From an uncultured delta proteobacterium (GTDB lineage: Bacteria > Myxococcota > Myxococcia > Myxococcales > Myxococcaceae): a stretch of 64,000 nucleotides of DNA. Location of the stretch: NCBI GenBank assembly GCA_963713045.1, contig CAVQKE010000003.1:32001-96000 (forward strand). The letters run 5' to 3'. How positions within the stretch are numbered: position 1 is the first letter of the stretch; each line of letters starts with the position of its first letter. Shown here in pieces: positions 46,924 through 58,385 of this stretch. The notes beneath the pieces were generated by a model. That model had not been told where the DNA came from. It did not search any database and was given only the letters and a program-made list of their open reading frames with translations. The position numbers and the translations under genes are program-made.

Positions 46924-47053
46924 TCCGCTTCCAGGAAGAGAGACGTGTTCACGGTTTTGTACCCGACCGTCACCGCTGCGTAGCGTTGTTCGATGTTGGA
47001 GAATTCCAAGCACTTGATCTCGCCCAACGGCCCTGCCCGTTTGATTCGGTTTG

Positions 47054-49057
47054 TCAGGGAATCGACGGCCTGAACTCTTCTGGGCCCGCCGTTCCTTTGG
47101 CTTTCCCGTTCTTGTTCCTGTTGCTAAGACCGGCGACGCCGGGCAGCAAAACTGGCACGTCGGAGTTGGATACCTCGTTTGGCGCTGTCTTTCCCGACGC
47201 AACCTCGAGCAGCCTTTCCGGAGCCTTGTATTCGGGAACCATACTCTGGATATGCGCCAGGATCTGCGGCTCTCGTCTGGCCGCCAGGAGGCGTTGCAAT
47301 TCTTCCATCCAGTCCTCCACCGCATCCCAGCCGATCGGCCGGTCGCAAATGATTTTGATCTTTTCCTGATATCTGGTCGAGCCCCTGCCGTGCGGCGATG
47401 ATCTCTTCGACCAGCTTCTCTCCCGGCCGCAAGCCGGTAAATTGAATCTCGATGTCCTCATAGGGAACCAAGCCCGCCAGACGGATCATATTCTCGGCGA
47501 GGTCGACAATTCGAATGGGATCACCCATGTCGAGGACGAAAATCTCCGCGCCCTGACTGTTTGCAGAGGCCTGGATTACGAGCGACACCGCTTCGCCGGC
47601 CGTCATAAAGTATCTCCGAACCTCGGGATGCGTGACCTTGACGGGCCCACCGGCTGCGATTTGCGCTTGGAAGATAGGAACGACGCTTCCGCTGCTTCCG
47701 AGCACGTTACCGAATCGAACGGAAACGCCCTTGAGTTGAGGGCTGGAGCGCGCCGAGACGATTCTCTCGCAGACACGCTTGGTCGCTCCCATCACGCAGA
47801 CTGGATTGACGGCCTTGTCGGAGGAGATCATCAACAGGCTCCGAACGTTTCGCCGGCCGGCTGTGCGCATCAGATTCCAGGTGCCAACGATGTTGTTACG
47901 AACCGCCTCGATGACGTGCGATTCCATCATTGGCACGTGTTTGTAGGCTGCCGCGTGGAAAATTCGCTCCACTCGATGGCGCTCCATCACCTCAGCCAAC
48001 CGGTCCGTCTCCCGGATATTCCCGACAGTGGCAACCAGTTCCAGTCGCGGAAATTTCTCGCGGATTTCGTTTTCGAGCCGAAACAGATCGCTTTCGGCCT
48101 GATCGAGGGCGACCAAGCAGGCGGGCTGGAAGCGCGCCAATTGGCGGCACAGCTCCGAGCCGATGGAGCCTGCGGCGCCGGTAACTAATATAGAATGGCC
48201 GGCGATGCTGGCGACTACGGGCTCCTCGTCCAAGCGAACGGGCTTGCGTCCGACAAGATCGTGAACCGACATGTTCCGGACCTGCGCGGTGGACACTCGT
48301 CCGTTCAGCAATTCCTCTACACCGGGAACGGTTTTGCAGGGCAACCTTGCCGCACGGCAGTTGGCTAGCGCTTCACGCATCTCGCGGCCCGTGGCCGAAG
48401 GCATGGCGATGACAATCTCCTCGACCACGTGCTTGTGCGAGTTCAGCTTTCGGATGATCGACGGCGCATCGCGACCTGAGCCGAGGACGCGCACCCCGCA
48501 CAACCAATGCGCCTACTTTGCGCGGATCGTCGTCGAAGAAGCCCTTTACCTCGTACCGCGTCCACCGGTTCGAACGAATCTCATGGATCAGTTCGGCGCC
48601 TGCAGCGCCCGCACCATAGACGACGATTCCCTTGCGGGGTTCGTGCAACATTTCCCGGGGGAGCGCTTCGCGGATGCGGTTAGAGAATCGGATCAACGCT
48701 GTTGCTAGAAAACAAACCACCGCGTCAATCAGCCAGACCGAGCGCGGCATCGCCGGTCCCATCCACCAGGACTGTGACGACCGCAAACAGGACAGAGCCC
48801 GCGAGATTCCCAAGAAACACGCGATACAGATCGGGGATGCTCGCGAAACGGCGCATGCTGCGATAGATGCCAGCGCAGTCGAAAATTGGCAGCTTGATCA
48901 AGATTGCGGCCACAAGCGCCCGCTTCAGAACTGGCAGTTCGCCGGGTGGTATCGAAAAGTCGAACCGGAGCAGAAAAGCAGTGGCTAGTGAGATTTCAAC
49001 GGCTGCCAAGTGGCAGGCGCGCTCGAACCAAACGTCTACGTGACCACGCGGTGTCAT
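47054..49057 (-). CDS. CapD/PglF-like membrane-bound UDP-GlcNAc 4,6-dehydratase (frameshifts near 48505 and 47385)
   Basis: N-terminal TMs AFLLRFD, VYGAGAAG, ILVTGAAGSIGSELCRQ, FHAAAYKHVPMME, ISSDKAVNP, VRFGNVLGSSGSV, GLRPGEKL. Confidence 0.93.
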
Positions 49058-49111
49058 ATACAGTCCCGAAGATTTTGTGGTTGATCGAGGAGTGAACGAT
49101 GCGGACGTGCT

Positions 49112-50307
49112 CTAAGCAACCAACTGAGCGTGTCTCGCGCGGCTCAGAACCAGCTTCACGGTGTCAGCTACGTATTGGGCCTGAGCGTCGCTCATTGCCG
49201 GGTATAACGGCAGCGAGACGATGCGGGAATAGAGTTCCAACGCGCGCGGACACAAATAGTGCGACAAAGGCAGTCCACGAAAGTAGTGATGCAGAGGAAT
49301 CGGAATGAAATGCACGCTCGTCCCGATACCCTTTTCTTTCAGCTCGCGCACAAAGGCTGCGCGGTCAATCTTCAGCCGCCGCAAGTTGAGTCGAATCACG
49401 TACAGGTGCCAGGCGTGACGGCAGTCCGGGTTGTCGGGCGGCAGTTCGATTTCGTCCAACTCGGCGAAGGCGCGATTGTAAATGCCGGCATGCGACGTTC
49501 TGCGTTCGATAAAGCGATCGAGTTTTCGAAGCTGGTGAATGCCGATGGCAGCCTGGATGTCGCTGAGATTGTACTTGAATCCGTGAGCGACCACGTCATA
49601 GTGCCAATCGCCTTGCTCGGTGTATCGGTCCCAGGCACTGTGACTGGTGCCGTGCAGCGATAAACTCCGCATGCACTCCGCCAACCGGGGGCAGCGAGTC
49701 GTCACCATGCCACCTTCACCCGTGGTCAGGTTCTTGGTGGCATAAAACTAAACGCGACGGCATCGCTGCTGGACGTCCGGCCGGTACCGGTTGCGCCGAT
49801 CGGCCGGCCATTCCAATGCGCTCCAACGGCGTGCGCAGCATCTTCGATCACGCTGATATTTTGCCGTTGTGGCCAGTTCCCAGATTGCTCGCATGTCGCA
49901 AGGCAGTCCGCCCATGTGAACCGGGATGATGGCACGAGTCCGGCCAGTGATGCGCCTTTCAATTTCGTTCGGGTCAATGTTGCCGTCAGGTCCGATGTCC
50001 GCCAGTACTGGTGAGGCGCCAACGTGCAGAATCGCCTGGACAGTGGCGCAAAACGTCATCGGCGTTGTGATGACCTCATCGCCCGGGCCGATCTTCAAGG
50101 CCGCCATGGCAAGATGGAGCGCGGCCGTGGCTGAGTTGACCGCGATAGCGTGATCGGCGCCGACATACCGGCGAAAATCACGTTCGAAACGCGCCACGCG
50201 CGGGTCCAGTGGTCAACCAGCCCGACCTCAACGTATCGGCCACTTCATTGATCTCTTCGGCGCCGATTGAGGGCCGGTGAAACGGAATGTGCTTGTCAAG
50301 CGTGCAT
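49112..50307 (-). CDS. DegT/PglE-like NDP-4-keto-sugar aminotransferase (frameshifts)
   Basis: [78 protein letters not shown]. Confidence 0.92.
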
Positions 50308-50956
50308 AGCGTCTGCATGGAAAGCCTCTTTGATGAAGTCCGGGTCGAACTCAGCCGGAAACAGACTGTAGTGAATTGTCAGCAGGATCAGCTTTATGTC
50401 CTGCCAGAACGATCTGGACCGAAGGTAGCCCAGATTCAACGCCAGCTTCGCCGGTAAGACATCTCCCGGTAGAGGGCCGTCCAGATCCGAGCCCGCGATC
50501 AGAATGTTTTCCTCATCACGAAAGAGCAAAGTGGCAAGATCCGTGATTCCAGGACGTGCCAGTAGGACCTCACGCCATATGGGTGCATCCAACTCTACGT
50601 ACTCCGCCATTTCGGGCCGCGGTGCCCACCACACTCATATCGCCCATCAAAACGTTAATGAGCTGAGGCAGTTCGTCCAGTTTGTGGCGGCGGAGCTTCG
50701 CTCCGATTTTGGTAATGCGATCGTCCCCCGCCGCGGTGATCGCGCTGCCATGGACGCACGTGCGCATGGTCCGGAATTTCCAGATGCGAAATGGCCGGCC
50801 GTGTCTCCCAACCCTGGTCTGGCGGAAGAAGACCGGAGGGGCGTCGCTCAACAAGATCGTGAGTGCGATGAGAGCGAGAACAGGACTCAGCAGCACCAGC
50901 CCCGCGCCGGCGCAAGTCAGATCGAAAAGTCTTCCCATGACTCCGTGGGAGAGCAT
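50296..50956 (-). CDS. PglC/WcaJ-like initiating phosphoglycosyl transferase (frameshift near 50620)
   Basis: RLFDL...[67 protein letters not shown]. Confidence 0.92.
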
Positions 50957-50969
50957 TGTGAACTTTTAG

Positions 50970-51612
50970 TCATGGGGCGATCCCTACGGTTTCGCTTTCT
51001 AGATGGCTCATGATGTATTCGTTCATCCAGCGACCTTTTCTCTGCAGAAATCGCTGAGTGTGCCGAAATCCGGCTTGCCGGTAGAGCGCATTCGCCCGGT
51101 CGTTACCGTCAGCGTCCGTGGTTAAGTAGACGTACTCGGCATCCATTGACTTGGCCCGAGCTACAAAGGCGCCGATCAATGCTTTGCCCACACCGTTGCC
51201 TGCCGCTTCCGGGGCGACCGCAATCGACGACAGCTCCACGATCTTGCTGACGCCCCGGATGCTGAAACCTGGAACCGGTGCAGACCGTATAAATGTCCGT
51301 TACCAACGAGGGATGCCGAATGTGAGAGCCGACAGCGCGGGCAGAGCGAATTCCCGGCGATTCGCCGGCATTAGTCTGTAAAACCGTGCCGGGTTCACAA
51401 AACCGCAAGCAAAGCCATGCAGCTTTCCATGTGCGTTCGCTTACGAACGCAATCCCAGCTCGATAATGCAGTACCAGCGCATAGTATCGGGTCAGAAACT
51501 GTTCGCCGAGCCTGGTCAGAAAGAAATTACTGAACGCCTCTTGGTCAATTCTGACGATACCGACAACGTCGAGTGCGGTGGCCTGTGTACGGCAGTCCTT
51601 GGTGGTTGGCAT
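50970..51612 (-). CDS. GNAT family acetyl/acyltransferase (frameshifts)
   Basis: AFSNFFLTRLG..FL..YY, ELSSIAVAPEAAGNGVGKALI, LTTDADGNDRANALYRQAGF. Confidence 0.85.
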
Positions 51613-52840
51613 GGACTCGATCCGCTAGCGAACCGGGAGCCATCGTGATCGGGAGTCCGTTGTAACTACGCCGGGCTGCATTCGGCCCCCGAGAAGGGCC
51701 GGCTGCCAGCCTCTCCTTCAGCAGTTCTAAGTACAGGCTCCTGTATGCGCTGAGCATTCTGTCTTCGGTGTAGTGGCGTTCAAACTGGGCTTTCGCTCGC
51801 GTACCGAGTCGCGCCATCAGCACTGGGTCGCGGGCAACTCGGAGAATTGCATCTCTCAGAGCGACGGCATTGGCGGGAGGCCCAGCCATACGGTGGTGTC
51901 TGGCGACGCCACTTCCTTATGGCTGCCGATGCTGGTCGCGACGATGGGTTTCGCGGCAGCCATCGCTTCCAACAAGGCGATTGAAAGGCCCTCTCGAAGA
52001 CTTGGCAGAACCACGAGATGGAGGCTTCCAGGAGGTCCCTAACATCTTCGCGGAATCCTAAGAACGTCACATGGTCCGAGACATCCAAATTGCGGACTCG
52101 CTGTCCAGAGCCGCACGGGCCGGTCCATCACCCGCAATTACAACTCGGAAGCGGCGTTCGTAGCGCGCGAGCATTGCGGCTGCTTCAATCAGATATTCGA
52201 GGCCCTTATCGGCTGCTAGCCTTGCCATCGTCAAGATCAGAAAGTCACAGGGGCGGGCGCCCAAACGGCCCCGCAGCTCTGCCGGCGCGACGCTAGCCGC
52301 AGCAAACGCGCGATTCCGTTGGGAATGGCAACGATCTTCGATGGGTTGCACATTCCAAGCTTTAGCGCCCAGTCACGATGAAACTCGCTGACCGAAACGA
52401 TTCGATGACACCAGTGTGATGCCGCACGCTCCAGAGTCGAATAAAAGCGGCGCACCCTTTGTGGGCTGTTTTCGTGAAATGCGAATCCATGAGCCGTATG
52501 CACGATCACAGGTACATTGGCAAGCCGCGCAGCGAGCCGTCCTACAAGCCAGCTTTTGACGTGTGCGTGTGGACGATATCGTATGGTTCCCGTTGTAGAA
52601 AATGCGCGAGTCGCGACAGGCCGGCCAAGTCCCAGAGGGGGCGGATCTCGCGACGAATCACATCCAAATCGACAACGCCCAGACCTTGCTCAACAGCAGC
52701 GCGCTTGAAAATACTGTCCGTGGTCAAGACATCCACCTGCCATCCCTCGGCGCGTCCGGCTGCGCCAACTGGAGAATGATGCGACCCGCTCCGCCGAAAC
52801 AAGAATCGCCCGTAATGTGAAGCAGCTTGACCGGGTTCAT
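51545..52840 (-). CDS. GT4 family glycosyltransferase (frameshifts; end approximate)
   Basis: [73 protein letters not shown]. Confidence 0.9.
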
Positions 52841-52844
52841 TTTT

Positions 52845-54086
52845 CTACGTGTAGTTTAGAATCACGGACTCGAGTTGCCGTCCTGGAATCCTGGCCCGAC
52901 GGCGGGCTAGTGAATAGCATGAGGAATCAATGCAAAAACCAGCCACCAATGTCGCTGGTAAAAGGCTTCGATTCCCATCGCAACGCCGATCATCGCGGTG
53001 TGGGCTAGCAAGAGCGCTAGTGCCAGAGGCTGCTCGCCTTAGGGGCAAATCGATACGCCAACCACACTTTCCTGAAGAACCACAGGAAAAAAGCCAGGAG
53101 TATGGCTAAACCCGCCAACCCGAAGTCGGCCAAGAACCACATCGCGCTGTTATGGGCGACCTCTCCCACTGCTAGCCGAAAGCTTCCGAGTCCGCCGCCC
53201 ACAAACGGGCGTTGCACGAATGCCCGTAATGCCAGGTGAATCAAGTCGACTCGTTCCTGCACCTGTTGTGGGCGCTTGGCCATTTCTTCAAAGATCGGGT
53301 AAAAAGCGATGGCCCAGTACCAGAATCAGGCAAGGAAACAACATCAACGCCGACAGAATTGGCCGAATCGCGACTGCGGGTTTAACCAGGAAGAAAAGTA
53401 AAGCCGCAGCGCCCAGGCCGAGCCAAGCGGATCGGGAAAAAGTGAGCAAAATCCCCAAATACGAGGCTCAACCTGACATCCAGAGAGTCGTCCCTCGGAA
53501 AAGGGGATCTGGCCCCTCATGAAGCACCTTCGCACAGAACTAACGCAACGACGAGGAGCCCTCCGTACGCGTTCGGGTCCAGGAGAGTGCCTGAGAGCCT
53601 CAAGCCTTCGTAGCGTGTAAACGGCGTTGCGACGCCGAAATAGTAGGCAGCGAGGAATCCGCCGATTGCCACGATGTTCTCCGCTACGACACCCAAGATG
53701 AAAAAACGAATCAGTCGCCGCAGGTCCTGCCATTCCGAGACGGCCGAAGTGATTGCTGCGTAGCTGAGAAAAGGGAGCAACAAGCCGGCATCTTTGTTCA
53801 GCAGTTCATAGCGATCGAGGCGCCCCAACCGCAAAACGGTAACCAGAGAACCAATGGCGAATGTCAGCATGATTGCGATGTGCCACTCGCTCCAAAGAGC
53901 CGATTGGCATCGAAGCTGGCCGGCCGCCAGGAGAACGACCAACAGCAAAAACCCATCCGCTGGCGCAAAATTGATGCGATCGCCAACATTGAAAAGATAC
54001 GGAAGGAGTATGACGTAACCGGTTACCAATGAACCTATAAGCCCCTCGGTTCGACCTGCGCGCCGGTTAGGAAGCGATAGCGTCAT
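52845..54086 (-). CDS. O-antigen polymerase/ligase family (Wzy/WaaL-like) membrane protein (frameshifts)
   Basis: Many TM segments; RLSGTLLDPNAYGG, TFSRSAW, PFVGGGLGSF, AHNSAMWFLADFGLAG. ATGA overlap with the flippase gene. Confidence 0.85.
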
Positions 54087-55439
54087 AGGTTCAGGATTCC
54101 TTGCGCGATCGGCGCTTGATGTGCGCATGATTCCTTCATGTGTTTCCAAGGGGCCAAGATTAAGTGCGCTAGCACAGCCGAGGCGAGCAGCACGCGTACC
54201 ACGGCCCCGGCAGCCATGCCAAGTGCCGCGCCGGTCAAACCACGCGACGGCACTAACAGATAGCAAGCCGCTGCCGTAGCCGCGGCCGCGGCGGCGAACA
54301 TAGGTACTTGAATCCTGAATCGCCGCGCGGCAGTGATGCCGCCGTTCAGCACGCCGGCTACGCAATGGAGGGCCGCGCCAAGCATCAGAAACTCGAAAGC
54401 CCGTGAGCTAGCGGCGTATTCTGGGCCGTAAAAGAGAGAGAGAAGTCGCTTACCCGCCAACTCCGCTGTCGCAAGTGCAGCGACACCGAACCCGCCGCTA
54501 AGGGTTCCGAGCTTCAGGAGGACTACTTGGAATTCGGCGATGTGCCCAGCCGCGTACAGGCGCGAGAGTTGGGGGATGGCGCAACTTCCCAGCGAGTCGC
54601 TGATGAGGGTCGAGCCAATTGTGGCATAGGCTAGAGCCGAAAAAATGCCGAGCTCGTATTCGCCCATCTTGGCAGCGACAAAATACCGCGGCAGATTCAG
54701 ATTGATCGAAGCTAGAGTTGTTACGATGCCGAGCGGCACCGACAAGCACACAAGATCCCACTGACGCCCGGCTCGCTGCCGACCGCTCCAAACACGCCAC
54801 AGGCTGGCAGCGTTGGGAAAGCGTGTGAATTGCGGCGAGCGCTCGATAATTCGGAACCCTTGACGAAAGTCCCAGCCAATCAGCGCCGCCAACCAGACCA
54901 ACGCGACCGCGAGACTCGCCCAAAACACATCTCTGGTCAGATACAGACCCGCGCTCAGCGGCGAGCAGTGAAAGTATGCCGCGCAGCATCATGGATCTTC
55001 CGGTCTGATCGAGCCGGTCGTGCAGTTGGAACAAGCCGTAATGGACGTCGCTGAGAGTTTCCGTGCCCTTGGCCAAAGCAACCGCCACGACGACCATGGC
55101 CGTCCGGTGGGGAATGTTTTCAATCCACGTGAAGGTGACGATCGCCGCAATCGCGAGCGAACTCATGACGAACCGGAGCTGGAGGTACTCGCCGAATGAA
55201 TACAGACGTGTCGCGTCGGTCGCCTGAACAGCTCGCAGGTGGAGATTTGTAAACATCAGCACCGGCGTCGCGATCGCCAGTCCGAGCGAGAACTGCCCCA
55301 CCATTAGGGAGCTGCCGAGTTTCGCGAGTGCGACAATCATTCCCAATTGACACCCTGCGAATATCACATTTCCCGCGAGCATCCACAGGAAGTTGGCGCG
55401 GAACGAAAGACCGGGCAACACTGGTATGGTCGGGGGCAC
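54083..55439 (-). CDS. Wzx-like polysaccharide flippase (frameshift near 54950)
   Basis: SFRANFLWMLAGNVIFAGCQ...ALAKLGS...VGQFSLGLAI, LNLPRYFV...ELGIFSALAY, LFYGPEYA. Confidence 0.88.
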
Positions 55440-55501
55440 GTTCGCTCTGCTGGTTATCGCTTGATACGATCGGTGCAGTTGCAGTGAACTCACAATAAAC
55501 T

Positions 55502-57239
55502 CTATTGAGGGAAGCCGTACCGATAGAGACCGCACGCGACAGATCGCAACAATTGAGGATGACACCCAACATCGGAATTCCATCCAGAGAAAGCCGCCGC
55601 ACCGCCGCCTGTGCGGCTCGCCGATCCGTATAGTTCGCCCGCAGCACCAGGAGCAACTGGTCCGCGCAACGCGCCATAATACGGGCGTCTGCGAATTCGA
55701 GGCACGGCGGGGCGTCGACCAGTACGCAATCAAAGTGCTCCCGGAATCGCGGGAGTAATCTCGTCAGTCGACCCGACCACAGAAGACCGAAGGTATTGTC
55801 GACGCTGGCCCCGCTCGGCAGAAGGAACAGATGAGGAACTGCCGTCTTCTTGACGAGCGCATCCAGTGGAAGCTCTTCAATGGCATTGGTTTCCCGCAAG
55901 ATATCGCTTAACCCCCAGCTATTGGCCTCGCCGAATATCTTATGTAGGCGCGGGCGGCGCATGTCGCCGTCGATCAATAACACTCTTCTACCGATCTCAG
56001 TCAGGCTGACTCCCAGATTGCTGGCGACGGTGGTCTTGCCTTCCATCGCGACCGAACTGGTCACGACTACGATTTGGGAATGGTTTCCGCATCGCCCTGG
56101 CGATAGCATGGACGCGATGGTGGCTCGAAACGACTCCGATACCGCCGACGCCCGATCGAACACCAGAGGCTCCAGATGGTCTTTGTTGTGGCGCCCGAAA
56201 TTGAACCCGTGTCCCATGAAGTCGGATTTAGCGGCGTGCGGGATCACACCGAGTTCCGGAAGTGCCAAGCTGGTGGCCGCCTCGCCCGGAAGACGAACCG
56301 TGGGATTGGACTGCTCCTGAAACAGTACGATGCCGACGCTCAGTATGAGTCCGCTCACGAGTGCGATTGCGAAATTCAGCGGCACATTTGGTTTGTATGG
56401 ATGAGTCGCCGGTTGCGCCATGTCGAGAAGCCGGACATTGGATTGGCGAACCGCGGATGCAACGCGCGCATCGCTAGCCCGTTGTGAGATCGCTTCATAA
56501 GATTTGCGGTCTGCGTCGACGTCGCGCTTTAACGCGCTCGCCAGCGGCACGCGGGAGGTTGCGCCAAGCGCCTCGGCTTCGGCGAGCCGAGCTTCCGAAG
56601 ATTGCAGCCGTTGGCTGAGAATACCGAGTTGAACGCTCAGAGTTTCATAGGTCTGCTGCGCGGCACGCTGCCGAGAGTCTATATTCGCGGCGACGAAGAT
56701 CTGAGCCAGCGTATTCGGAACATCCGCGGCCAGTTGAGGATCGCGGGAGTCATACACAATTCGAACAATCCGGCTGCCGTGCGATGGCACAACTTTCAAA
56801 TCGTTTCTCAGGGCAAGCACCGCGTTCCGCGCCGGCGATGACGACCGCGCTGAAGCTCGGGACGGCTGTCCAGATGAAGCGCGTGAACCACCTGATCGAG
56901 CAGTGTTTCCTGCTGGAGTATTTCCGCTTGCGTCTGTACGTACGAGGTCAAGTCGCCGCCCGACATCGCAGTGGCGGGAAAGACATCGCTCATGTTCAGA
57001 AAATTCTCGTTGATGCTTTGAATCTCCAGCGCTGCCGCAGACTGGTACACGCGAGGTTGGATCAGGGTAAGGAGTGCTGCTGCCAGAGCGCAAGCGGCCA
57101 GCACGTACAGCACTGCTGCCTTGCGGCGATGCAAGGCCTGAAGGCAATCGACCAGACGCCACTCCTGGCGATCGGCGGAGCTTGATGCTCCAGCGAGCAA
57201 GTCGATGTCAGCAGGATAGCCTTGGGTTTCAAAAGCCAT
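55502..57239 (-). CDS. Wzc-like polysaccharide co-polymerase/tyrosine autokinase (frameshifts; shorter than typical)
   Basis: Wzz-type N-terminus (YQSAAALEI, YVQTQAEIL), PYKPNVPLN, ESFRA, Walker A SSVAMEGKTT, LLIDGDMRRP, VLVDAPP. Confidence 0.9.
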
Positions 57240-57849
57240 GGATAGACGTCCCTACTCGCGTTGCGGCCGTATGCATCGCTGTTGGCACGCTGACGCCAAT
57301 CCGGTCGACCTCCAGTAGGACCGATCTTTGAAGCAGACTGATCGACAGGACCAGGCGCAGTGACTGCTTCAACTTGATTACGATTCCCTCAACTCCCGCC
57401 AACGCACCCTCTTCGATTCGCACCCTCTGACCAACTTGAAGATACGGGAACGGCTGAATGGGGAGCCGCGCTTTGACGGCCGTTTGCAAGGAACTGATTT
57501 CCGTATCCGAAAGCGGGATCGGGTGGCTCCCGTTACCGAGGATCTGTGTGATTCCAGGTGTCGTCATGATGGGTAGCCTGAATCGAGCATTGAATCTGCA
57601 AAACACGTAGCCAGGGAAGAGAGGCAGTTCAGAATCCTTGTAACGGGTGGCGTAGTGGTGCCTCCGTGCGAACAGAGGGACGAAGGTCTCAAATCCCTTC
57701 GAATTCAGAGCCCTAGCCACGGCCTTGTCGTGCCTCGGCTTGACGGCGAGCGCAAACCAACGCACGGACCCGGTTTCGGGAGTCTGTTCGTAGTAATTCG
57801 CTACAGGGCCTTCGCAGTGTGAGAACTCGCGTCTTTCGAGATCGGACAT
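57229..57849 (-). CDS. UpxY/NusG-family operon-specific transcription antiterminator
   Basis: WFALAVKPRHDK, PLFPGYVFCRF and KOW GQRVRIEEGALAGVEG; first gene of the polysaccharide operon. Confidence 0.92.
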   Translation of the reverse strand: MSDLERREFSHCEGPVANYYEQTPETGSVRWFALAVKPRHDKAVARALNSKGFETFVPLFARRHHYATRYKDSELPLFPGYVFCRFNARFRLPIMTTPGITQILGNGSHPIPLSDTEISSLQTAVKARLPIQPFPYLQVGQRVRIEEGALAGVEGIVIKLKQSLRLVLSISLLQRSVLLEVDRIGVSVPTAMHTAATRVGTSIHGF

Positions 57850-57850
57850 A

Positions 57851-57859
57851 GCTACCGCT
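57851..57859 (-). promoter_or_regulatory. ops-like pause element immediately before the antiterminator start codon
   Basis: Minus strand AGCGGTAGC-T-ATG matches the GCGGTAGC core of the RfaH ops element. Confidence 0.5.
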
Positions 57860-58188
57860 TTCTCGGGTGCAATCCCGTGTCTTCGTTTTAGGTCAACAAC
57901 CCTACGGGGTCTAGCCTGCGGACGCAAAGTCAATTCGACTTCAACTCGCAGCCTGGCCCTACAATGTAGTTGACTTGACGGATGCTCCGAAGCCTCATTT
58001 TTTGATGGATGGAGCAGGCGCGTTCGGCCCAGTGAGCCGACAGAGACGCGAGGGGGACGCGGCACGCACCCGTGAGATAGTCGGATTCAGGCTGGCGCGC
58101 AGGAGGGCTGTTCAGATTGTGTTCTCGCCGAACTCGCCACTGCGAGTGATCGCGTCGCGGAGAATCAAAAGCGCCGCTTCCCGCAGTG

Positions 58189-58368
58189 TTAAAAGGTCAG
58201 GACCACCCGTCCAACAGTCATGGCCCATATACCTGACAAAGTAGGGATGAAGGCGGATCGGAATCTCGCCCCAACTCGGCGGCCGATCCTCGTCACCTCT
58301 CGGAGGGCGTACTCCACCAGTTCCAACTGGCTTTGGGCCATGTCTTTCGAGCCGACGGATTGCAACAT
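58189..58368 (-). other. 59-codon ORF with a degenerate Flp-pilin-like motif
   Basis: GAGGT RBS; MLQSVGSKDMAQSQLELVEYAL...TLSGIWAM. The hydrophobic helix is disrupted. Confidence 0.25.
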
Positions 58369-58385
58369 TTTCTACCTCAAATGCT

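Noticed and set aside
46924..47325. Long N-terminal extension of the Fem-like protein
   Set aside because: Overlaps the capD 3' end in another frame and is not protein-like.
57850..58065. 72-aa N-terminal extension of UpxY
   Set aside because: Low-complexity, non-conserved-looking sequence; more likely the 5' leader containing the ops-like motif.
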